The position numbers and the translations under genes were made by a program. Positions 54,401 through 64,000 of a DNA stretch of 64,000 nt are shown one piece after another. Each line of letters starts with the position of its first letter. Positions within the stretch are counted from its first letter, which is position 1. The stretch covers positions 37,014,001 to 37,078,000 of the forward strand of contig OZ024758.1 of the NCBI GenBank assembly GCA_964016885.1. Direction: 5' to 3'. The notes under the pieces are model-generated. The model searched no databases. It worked only from the letters and a program-made list of their open reading frames with translations, and had not been told where the DNA came from. This DNA is from Eledone cirrhosa. Its lineage: Eukaryota.

Positions 54401-55510
54401 AGTAACTCCACTGTTGGTGAGAATTCATTTAAGTTCATGGTACTAGCTGTCAGAAGTAAGCCCAATGTTGGTGAGAATTCATTTAAGTTCATGGTATTAG
54501 ATGTCAGAAGTCACTCCAATGTTGGTGAGAATTCATTTAAGTTCATGGTATTAGCTGTCAGAAGTAACTCCACTGTTGGTGAGAATTCATTTAAGTTCAT
54601 GGTACTAGCTGTCAGAAGTAACCCCAATGTTGGTGAGAATTCATTTAAGTTCATGGTATTAGCTGTCAGAAGTCACTCCACTGTTGGTGAGAATTCATTT
54701 AAGTTCATGGTACTAGCTGTCAGAAGTAACCCCAATGTTGGTGAGAATTCATTTAAGTTCATGGTATTAGCTGTCAGAAGTCACTCCAATGTTGGTGAGA
54801 ATTCATTTAAGTTCATGGTATTAGCTGTCAGAAGTAACTCCACTGTTGGTGAGAATTCATTTAAGTTCATGGTATTAGCTGTCAGAAGTAACTCCACTGT
54901 TGGTGAGAATTCATTTAAGTTCATGGTATTAGCTGTCAGAAGGAACTCCACTGTTGGTGAGAATTCATTTAAGTCTTGGTGTTAGTTGTCAGAAGTAACT
55001 CCAATGTTGGTGAGAATTCATTTAAGTTCATGGTACTAGCTGTCAGAAGTAACTCCACTGTTGGTGAGAATTCATTTAAGTTCATGGTACTAGCTGTCAG
55101 AAGTAACTCCAATGTTGGTGAGAATTCATTTAAGTTCATGGTATTAGCTGTCAGAAGTAACTCCAATGTTGGTGAGAATTCATTTAAGTTCATGGTATTA
55201 GCTGTCAGAAGGAACTCCACTGTTGGTGAGAATTCATTTAAGTCTTGGTATTAGTTGTCAGAAGTAACTCCAATGTTGGTGAGAATTCATTTAAGTTCAT
55301 GGTATTAGCTGTCAGAAGTAACTCCACTGTTGGTGAGAATTCATTTAAGTCATGGTACTAGCTGTCAGAAGTAACTCCACTGTTGGTGAGAATTCATTTA
55401 AGTTCATGGTACTAGCTGTCAGAAGTAACTCCACTGTTGGTGAGAATTCATTTAAGTTCATGGTACTAGCTGTCAGAAGTAACTCCAATGTTGGTGAGAA
55501 TTCATTTAAG
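45450..55510. repeat. Three related ~3.2-kb higher-order blocks (offsets 3283/3175 and 4251 bp; the latter includes a nested 1023-bp duplication)
   Basis: ORF triplets 45773/49056/53307, 46042/49325/53576, 46418/49701/53952, 46687/49970/54221 and 47550/50725/54976. Markers: GTCAAAAG, GAGAAATCA, AAGCCC. Confidence 0.85.
50240..52285. repeat. 1023-bp (19-monomer) tandem duplication
   Basis: ORF pairs 50725/51748 and 51101/52124 differ by 1023. The monomer-type order from 50240 matches that from 51263. Confidence 0.8.
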
Positions 55511-58500
55511 TTCATGGTATTAGCTGTCAAAAGTAACTCCAATGTTGGTGAGAATTCATTTAAGTTCATGGTATTAGCTGTCAGAAGTAACTCCACTGTT
55601 GGTGAGAATTCATTTAAGTTCATGGTACTAGCTGTCAGAAGTAACTCCACTGTTGGTGAGAATTCATTTAAGTTCATGGTATTAGCTGTCAGAAGTAACT
55701 CCACTGTTGGTGAGAATTCATTTAAGTTCATGGTACTAGCTGTCAGAAGTAACCCCAATGTTGGTGAGAATTCATTTAAGTTCATGGTATTAGCTGTCAG
55801 AAGTAACTCCACTGTTGGTGAGAATTCATTTAAGTTCATGGTACTAGCTGTCAGAAGTAACTCCAATGTTGGTGAGAATTCATTTAAGTTCATGGTATTA
55901 GCTGTCAGAAGGAACTCCACTGTTGGTGAGAATTCATTTAAGTTCATGGTATTAGCTGTCAGAAGTAACTCCACTGTTGGTGAGAATTCATTTAAGTTCA
56001 TGGTATTAGCTGTCAGAAGTAACTCCACTGTTGGTGAGAATTCATTTAAGTTCATGGTATTAGTTTGTCAGAAGTAACTCCACTGTTGGTGAGAATTCAT
56101 TTAAGTTCATGGTACTAGCTGTCAGAAGTAACTCCACTGTTGGTGAGAATTCATTTAAGTTCATGGTATTAGCTGTCAGAAGTAACTCCACTGTTGGTGA
56201 GAATTCATTTAAGTCATGGTATTAGCTGTCAGAAGTAACTCCAATGTTGGTGAGAATTCATTTGAGTCATGGTACTAGCTGTCAGAATTAACTCCAATGT
56301 TGGTGAGAATTCAGTTAAGTTCATGGTATTAGCTGTCAGAAGGAAGTCCACTGTTGGTGAGAATTCATTTAAGTTCATGGTATTAGCTGTCAGAAGTAAC
56401 TCCACTGTTGGTAAGAATTCATTTAAGTTCATGGTACTAGCTGTCAGAAGTAACTCCACTGTTGGTGAGAATTCAGTTAAGTTCATGGTGTTAGTTGTCA
56501 GAAGTAACTCCACTGTTGGTGAGAATTCATTTAAATCATGGTACTAGTTGTCAGAAGTAACTCCAATGTTGGTGAGAATTCATTTAAATCATGGTACTAG
56601 CTGTCAGAAGTAACTCCAATGTTGGTGAGAATTCATTTAAGTTCATGGTATTAGCTGTCAGAAGGAACTCCACTGTTGGTGAGAATTCATTTAAGTTCAT
56701 GGTACTAGCTGTCAGAAGTAACTCCAATGTTGGTGAGAATTCATTTAAGTTCATGGTATTAGCTGTCAGAAGGAACTCCACTGTTGGTGAGAATTCATTT
56801 AAGTCATGGTATTAGCTGTCAGAAGTAACTCCAATGTTGGTGAGAATTCATTTAAGTTCATGGTATTAGCTGTCAGAAGTAACTCCACTGTTGGTGAGAA
56901 TTCATTTAAGTTCATGGTATTAGCTGTCAGAAGGAACTCCAATGTTGGTGAGAATTCATTTAAGTCATGGTACTAGCTGTCAGAAGTAACTCCACTGTTG
57001 GTGAGAATTCATTTAAGTTCATGGTATTAGCTGTCAGAAGGAACGCCACTGTTGGTGAGAATTCATTTAAGTTCATCGTATTAGCTGTCAGAAGTAACTC
57101 CACTGTTGGTGAGAATTCATTTAAGTTCATGGTACTAGCTGTCAGAAGTAACTCCAATGTTGGTGAGAATTCATTTAAGTTCATGGTATTAGCTGTCAGA
57201 AGGAACTCCACTGTTGGTGAGAATTCATTTAAGTCTTGGTATTAGTTGTCAGAAGTAACTCCAATGTTGGTGAGAATTCATTTAAGTTCATGGTACTAGC
57301 TGTCAGAAGTAACTCCACTGTTGGTGAGAATTCATTTAAGTTCATGGTACTAGCTGTCAGAAGTAACTCCAATGTTGGTGAGAATTCATTTAAGTTCATG
57401 GTATTAGCTGTCAGAAGTAACTCCACTGTTGGTGAGAATTCATTTAAGTTCATGGTACTAGCTGTCAGAAGTAAGCCCAATGTTGGTGAGAATTCATTTA
57501 AGTTCATGGTATTAGATGTCAGAAGTCACTCCAATGTTGGTGAGAATTCATTTAAGTTCATGGTATTAGCTGTCAGAAGTAACTCCACTGTTGGTGAGAA
57601 TTCATTTAAGTTCATGGTACTAGCTGTCAGAAGTAACCCCAATGTTGGTGAGAATTCATTTAAGTTCATGGTATTAGCTGTCAGAAGTCACTCCACTGTT
57701 GGTGAGAATTCATTTAAGTTCATGGTACTAGCTGTCAGAAGTAACCCCAATGTTGGTGAGAATTCATTTAAGTTCATGGTATTAGCTGTCAGAAGTCACT
57801 CCAATGTTGGTGAGAATTCATTTAAGTTCATGGTATTAGCTGTCAGAAGTAACTCCACTGTTGGTGAGAATTCATTTAAGTTCATGGTATTAGCTGTCAG
57901 AAGTAACTCCACTGTTGGTGAGAATTCATTTAAGTTCATGGTATTAGCTGTCAGAAGGAACTCCACTGTTGGTGAGAATTCATTTAAGTCTTGGTGTTAG
58001 TTGTCAGAAGTAACTCCAATGTTGGTGAGAATTCATTTAAGTTCATGGTACTAGCTGTCAGAAGTAACTCCACTGTTGGTGAGAATTCATTTAAGTTCAT
58101 GGTACTAGCTGTCAGAAGTAACTCCAATGTTGGTGAGAATTCATTTAAGTTCATGGTATTAGCTGTCAGAAGTAACTCCAATGTTGGTGAGAATTCATTT
58201 AAGTTCATGGTATTAGCTGTCAGAAGGAACTCCACTGTTGGTGAGAATTCATTTAAGTCTTGGTATTAGTTGTCAGAAGTAACTCCAATGTTGGTGAGAA
58301 TTCATTTAAGTTCATGGTATTAGCTGTCAGAAGTAACTCCACTGTTGGTGAGAATTCATTTAAGTCATGGTACTAGCTGTCAGAAGTAACTCCACTGTTG
58401 GTGAGAATTCATTTAAGTTCATGGTACTAGCTGTCAGAAGTAACTCCACTGTTGGTGAGAATTCATTTAAGTTCATGGTACTAGCTGTCAGAAGTAACTC

Positions 58501-59670
58501 CAATGTTGGTGAGAATTCATTTAAGTTCATGGTATTAGCTGTCAAAAGTAACTCCAATGTTGGTGAGAATTCATTTAAGTTCATGGTATTAGCTGTCAGA
58601 AGTAACTCCACTGTTGGTGAGAATTCATTTAAGTTCATGGTACTAGCTGTCAGAAGTAACTCCACTGTTGGTGAGAATTCATTTAAGTTCATGGTATTAG
58701 CTGTCAGAAGTAACTCCACTGTTGGTGAGAATTCATTTAAGTTCATGGTACTAGCTGTCAGAAGTAACCCCAATGTTGGTGAGAATTCATTTAAGTTCAT
58801 GGTATTAGCTGTCAGAAGTAACTCCACTGTTGGTGAGAATTCATTTAAGTTCATGGTACTAGCTGTCAGAAGTAACTCCAATGTTGGTGAGAATTCATTT
58901 AAGTTCATGGTATTAGCTGTCAGAAGGAACTCCACTGTTGGTGAGAATTCATTTAAGTTCATGGTATTAGCTGTCAGAAGTAACTCCACTGTTGGTGAGA
59001 ATTCATTTAAGTTCATGGTATTAGCTGTCAGAAGTAACTCCACTGTTGGTGAGAATTCATTTAAGTTCATGGTATTAGTTTGTCAGAAGTAACTCCACTG
59101 TTGGTGAGAATTCATTTAAGTCATGGTATTAGTTGTCAGAAGTAACTCCAATGTTGGTGAGAATTCATTTAAGTTCATGGTACTAGCTGTCAGAAGTAAC
59201 TCCACTGTTGGTGAGAATTCATTTAAGTTCATGGTATTAGCTGTCAGAAGTAACTCCACTGTTGGTGAGAATTCATTTAAGTCATGGTATTAGCTGTCAG
59301 AAGTAACTCCAATGTTGGTGAGAATTCATTTGAGTCATGGTACTAGCTGTCAGAATTAACTCCAATGTTGGTGAGAATTCAGTTAAGTTCATGGTATTAG
59401 CTGTCAGAAGGAAGTCCACTGTTGGTGAGAATTCATTTAAGTTCATGGTATTAGCTGTCAGAAGTAACTCCACTGTTGGTAAGAATTCATTTAAGTTCAT
59501 GGTACTAGCTGTCAGAAGTAACTCCACTGTTGGTGAGAATTCATTTAAGTTCATGGTACTAGCTGTCAGAAGTAACTCCACTGTTGGTGAGAATTCAGTT
59601 AAGTTCATGGTGTTAGTTGTCAGAAGTAACTCCACTGTTGGTGAGAATTCATTTAAATCATGGTACTAGT
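53530..59670. repeat. 3015-bp (56-monomer) tandem duplication
   Basis: ORF pairs 53576/56591, 53952/56967, 54221/57236, 54976/57991 and 55352/58367 have identical translations. Private markers ATCGTA (~54062/57077), TTAGATGTC (~54501/57516) and AAATCATG are shared. The offset becomes 3068 at 56269/59337. Confidence 0.92.
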
Positions 59671-62600
59671 TGTCAGAAGTAACTCCAATGTTGGTGAGAA
59701 TTCATTTAAGTTCATGGTACTAGCTGTCAGAAGTAACTCCACTGTTGGTGAGAATTCATTTAAGTTCATGGTATTAGTTTGTCAGAAGTAACTCCACTGT
59801 TGGTGAGAATTCATTTAAGTCATGGTATTAGCTGTCAGAAGTAACTCCAATGTTGGTGAGAATTCATTTAAGTCATGGTACTAGCTCTCAGAAGTAACTC
59901 CACTGTTGGTGAGAATTCATTTAAGTTCATGGTACTAGCTGTCAGAAGGAACTCCACTGTTGGTGAGAATTCATTTAAGTTCATGGTATTAGCTGTCAGA
60001 AGTAACTCCAATGTTGGTGAGAATTCATTTGAGTCATGGTACTAGCTGTCAGAATTAACTCCAATGTTGGTGAGAATTCAGTTAAGTTCATGGTATTAGC
60101 TGTCAGAAGGAACTCCACTGTTAGTGAGAATTCATTTAAGTTCATTGTATTAGCTGTCAGAAGTAACTCCACTGTTGGTAAGAATTCATTTAAGTTCATG
60201 GTACTAGCTGTCAGAAGTAACTCCACTGTTGGTGAGAATTCATTTAAGTTCATGGTACTAGCTGTCAGAAGTAACTCCACTGTTGGTGAGAATTCATTTA
60301 AGTTCATGGTATTAGCTGTCAGAAGGAACTCCACTGTTGGTGAGAATTCATTTAAGTTCATGGTACTAGCTGTCAGAAGTAACTCCAATGTTGGTGAGAA
60401 TTCATTTAAGTTCATGGTATTAGCTGTCAGAAGGAACTCCACTGTTGGTGAGAATTCATTTAAGTCTTGGTATTAGTTGTCAGAAGTAACTCCAATGTTG
60501 GTGAGAATTCATTTAAGTTCATGGTACTAGCTGTCAGAAGTAACTCCACTGTTGGTGAGAATTCATTTAAGTTTATGGTACTAGCTGTCAGAAGTAACTC
60601 CAATGTTGGTGAGAATTCATTTAAGTTCATGGTATTAGCTGTCAGAAGTAACTCCACTGTTGGTGAGAATTCATTTAAGTTCATGGTACTAGCTGTCAGA
60701 AGTAACTCCACTGTTGGTGAGAATTCATTTAAGTTCATGGTATTAGCTGTCAGAAGTAACTCCACTGTTGGTGAGAATTCATTTAAGTTCATGGTACTAG
60801 CTGTCAGAAGTAACCCCAATGTTGGTGAGAATTCATTTAAGTTCATGGTATTAGCTGTCAGAAGTCACTCCAATGTTGGTGAGAATTCATTTAAGTTCAT
60901 GGTATTAGCTGTCAGAAGTAACTCCACTGTTGGTGAGAATTCATTTAAGTTCATGGTATTAGCTGTCAGAAGTAACTCCACTGTTGGTGAGAATTCATTT
61001 AAGTTCATGGTATTAGCTGTCAGAAGGAACTCCAATGTTGGTGAGAATTCATTTAAGTCATGGTACTAGCTGTCAGAAGTAACTCCACTGTTGGTGATAA
61101 TCCATTTAAGTTCATGGTATTAGCTGTCAGAAGGAACGCCACTGTTGGTGAGAATTCATTTAAGTTCATGGTATTAGCTGTCAGAAGTAACTCCACTGTT
61201 GGTGAGAATTCATTTAAGTTCATGGTACTAGCTGTCAGAAGTAACTCCAATGTTGGTGAGAATTCATTTAAGTTCATGGTATTAGCTGTCAGAAGGAACT
61301 CCACTGTTGGTGAGAATTCATTTAAGTTCATGGTATTAGCTGTCAGAAGTAACTCCACTGTTGGTGAGAATTCATTTAAGTTCATGGTACTAGTTGTCAG
61401 AAGTAACTCCGCTGTTGGTGAGAATTCATTTAAGTTCATGGTATTAGTTGTCAGAAGTAACTCCACTGTTGGTGAGAATTCATTTAAGTCATGGTATTAG
61501 TTGTCAGAAGTAACTCCAATGTTGGTGAGAATTCATTTAGGTTCATGGTTCTAGCTGTCAGAAGTAACTCCACTGTTGGTGAGAATTCATTTAAGTTCAT
61601 GGTATTAGCTGTCAGAAGTAACTCCACTGTTGGTGAGAATTCATTTAAGTCATGGTATTATCTGTCAGAAGTAACTCCATTGTTGGTGAGAATTCATTTA
61701 AGTCATCGTACTAGCTGTCAGAAGTAACTCCACTGTTGGTGAGAATTCATTTAAGTTCATGGTATTAGCTGTCAGAAGTAACTCCACTGTTGGTGAGAAT
61801 TCATTTAAGTCATGGTATTAGCTGTCAGAAGTAACTCCAATGTTGGTGAGAATTCATTTGAGTCATGGTACTAGCTGTCAGAATTAACTCCAATGTTGGT
61901 GAGAATTCAGTTAAGTTCATGGTATTAGCTGTCAGAAGGAAGTCCACTGTTGGTGAGAATTCATTTAAGTTCATGGTATTAGCTGTCAGAAGTAACTCCA
62001 CTGTTGGTAAGAATTCATTTAAGTTCATGGTACTAGCTGTCAGAAGTAACTCCACTGTTGGTGAGAATTCATTTAAGTTCATGGTACTAGCTGTCAGAAG
62101 TAACTCCACTGTTGGTGAGAATTCAGTTAAGTTCATGGTGTTAGTTGTCAGAAGTAACTCCACTGTTGGTGAGAATTCATTTAAATCATGGTATTAGTTG
62201 TCAGAAGTAACTCCAATGTTGGTGAGAATTCATTTAAGTTCATGGTACTAGCTGTCAGAAGTAACTCCACTGTTGGTGAGAATTCATTTAAGTTCATGGT
62301 AATAGTTTGTCAGAAGTAACTCCACTGTTGGTGAGAATTCATTTAAGTCATGGTATTAGTTGTCAGAAGTAACTCCAATGTTGGTGAGAATTCATTTAAG
62401 TTCATGGTACTAGCTGTCAGAAGTAACTCCACTGTTGGTGAGAATTCATTTAAGTTCATGGTATTAGCTGTCAGAAGTAACTCCACTGTTGGTGAGAATT
62501 CATTTAAGTCATGGTATTAGTTGTCAGAAGTAACTCCAATGTTGGTGAGAATTCATTTAAGTTCATGGTACTAGCTGTTAGAAGTAACTCCACTGTTGGT

Positions 62601-63640
62601 GAGAATTCATTTAAGTTCATGGTATTAGCTGTCAGAAGTAACTCCACTGTTGGTGAGAATTCATTTAAGTCATGGTATTAGCTGTCAGAAGTAACTCCAA
62701 TGTTGGTGAGAATTCATTTAAGTCATGGTACTAGCTCTCAGAAGTAACTCCAATGTTGGTGAGAATTCATTTAAGTTCATGGTACTAGCTGTCAGAAGGA
62801 ACTCCACTGTTGGTGAGAATTCATTTAAGTTCATGGTATTAGCTGTCAGAAGTAACTCCACTGTTGGTGAGAATTCATTTAAGTCATGGTATTAGCTGTC
62901 AGAAGTAACTCCAATGTTGGTGAGAATTCATTTAAGTTCATGGTATTAGTTGTCAGAAGTAACTCCACTGTTGGTGAGAATTCATTTAAGTTCATGGTAC
63001 TAGCTGTCAGAAGTAACTCCACTGTTGGTGAGAATTCATTTAAGTCATGGTATTAGCTGTCAGAAGTAACTCCAATGTTGGTGAGAATTCATTTAAGTTC
63101 ATGGTATTAGTTGTCAGAAGTAACTCCACTGTTGGTGAGAATTCATTTAAGTCATGGTACTAGCTGTCAGAAGCAACTCCACTGTTGGTGAGAATTCATT
63201 TAAGTTCATTGTATTAGCTGTCAGAAGTAACTCCACTGTTGGTGAGAATTCATTTAAGTCATGGTATCAGCTGTCAGAAGTAACTCCAATGTTGGTGAGA
63301 ATTCATTTGAGTCATGGTACTAGCTGTCAGAATTAACTCCAATGTTGGTGAGAATTCAGTTAAGTTCATGGTATTAGCTGTCAGAAGGAACTCCACTGTT
63401 GGTGAGAATTCATTTAAGTTCATGGTATTAGCTGTCAGAAGTAACTCCACTGTTGGTAAGAATTCATTTAAGTTCATGGTACTGGCTGTCAGAAGTAACT
63501 CCAATGTTGGTGAGAATTCATTTAAGTTCATGGTACTAGCTGTCAGAAGTAACTCCACTGTTGGTGAGAATTCATTTAAGTTCATGGTATTAGCTGTCAG
63601 AAGTAACTCCACTGTTGGTGAGAATTCATTTAAGTCATGG
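56216..63640. repeat. Recurring divergent sub-cassette (TTTGAGTC / AGAATTAAC / TCAGTT / GGTAAG), five copies
   Basis: Same linked variants at ORFs 56269, 59337, 60036, 61865 and 63314 (VRINSNVGENSVK...GKN). This combination is not seen before 56 kb. Confidence 0.88.
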
Positions 63641-64000
63641 TATTAGCTGTCAGAAGTAACTCCATTGTTGGTGAGAATTCATTTAAGTCATGGTACTAGC
63701 TGTCAGAAGTAACTCCACTGTTGGTGAGAATTCATTTAAGTTCATGGTATTAGCTGTCAGAAGGAACTCTACTGTTGGTGAGAATTCATTTAAGTTCATG
63801 GTATTAGCTGTCAGAAGTAACTCCACTGTTGGTGAGAATTCATTTAAGTTCATGGTATTAGTTTGTCAGAAGTAACTCCACTGTTGGTGAGAATTCATTT
63901 AAGTCATGGTATTAGTTGTCAGAAGTAACTCCAATGTTGGTGAGAATTCATTTAAGTAATGGTACTAGCTGTCAGAAGTAACTCCAATGTTGGTGAGAAT

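Larger units (their letters stand above)
1..64000. repeat. Tandem satellite DNA array with a 54-bp monomer (common 53-bp variant), ~1,190 head-to-tail copies, EcoRI site in nearly every unit
   Basis: The unit ATGGTATTAGCTGTCAGAAGTAACTCCACTGTTGGTGAGAATTCATTTAAGTTC (first full copy in this phase starts at 44) repeats from base 1 to 64000 in one orientation, typically with 0-4 differences per copy. Copy number is estimated as 64000/~53.85. The array extends beyond both ends. Confidence 0.99.

Noticed and set aside
44-63875. The many ORFs in the track as real repeat-protein genes
   Set aside because: They are translations of the satellite unit with no unique N- or C-terminal domains. A recurrent 1-bp deletion breaks the frame every few monomers, most common variants are non-synonymous, in-frame stops occur (~4014, 8111, 32493, 44687), and both strands are similarly open.
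1-64000. CRISPR array (conserved ~22-bp block alternating with a more variable block)
   Set aside because: The variable part differs by only a few SNPs between units rather than being unique spacers. There is no leader and no cas gene.
1-64000. CENP-B box or telomeric repeat within the monomer
   Set aside because: Only GTTGG resembles the CENP-B box; the required TTCG...A..CGGG core is absent. No TTAGGG, TTAGG or TTTAGGG-type tracts are present.
1-64000. Whole array as a synthetic concatemer or pure assembly/sequencing artefact
   Set aside because: Hierarchically shared variants, regional layers and nested duplications with private differences indicate an evolved array. Individual near-identical duplications (2209 and 3015 bp) still need read-level confirmation.

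Overview
The whole 64-kb window is one uninterrupted, head-to-tail tandem satellite array. It holds roughly 1,190 copies of a 54-bp monomer, consensus ATGGTA[T/C]TAGCTGTCAGAAG[T/G][A/C]AC[T/C/G]CCA[C/A]TGTTGGTGAGAATTCATTTAAG[T/-]TC. The monomer is about 37% GC, has one EcoRI site per unit and has no CpG in the majority consensus. Both window ends lie inside the array. I see no unique sequence, inversion, transposon, RNA gene or CRISPR spacer. All ORFs in the track are by-products of a 54-bp (18-codon) unit that lacks a stop in one frame per strand; recurrent 1-bp indel monomers break them. The informative structure is above the monomer level: a small alphabet of linked monomer variants, a recurring cassette order, and many nested, near-identical block duplications (offsets about 1.0, 1.6, 1.8, 2.1, 2.2, 2.5, 3.0, 3.3, 4.1, 4.3 and 10.2 kb), three of which can be ordered in time. 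This fits a young, actively amplifying eukaryotic satellite, possibly centromeric or pericentromeric. I cannot name the family or species, and the sequence does not support a new protein-coding system. Block boundaries were read by eye from marker variants and ORF-track offsets and are approximate to about 1-2 monomers.
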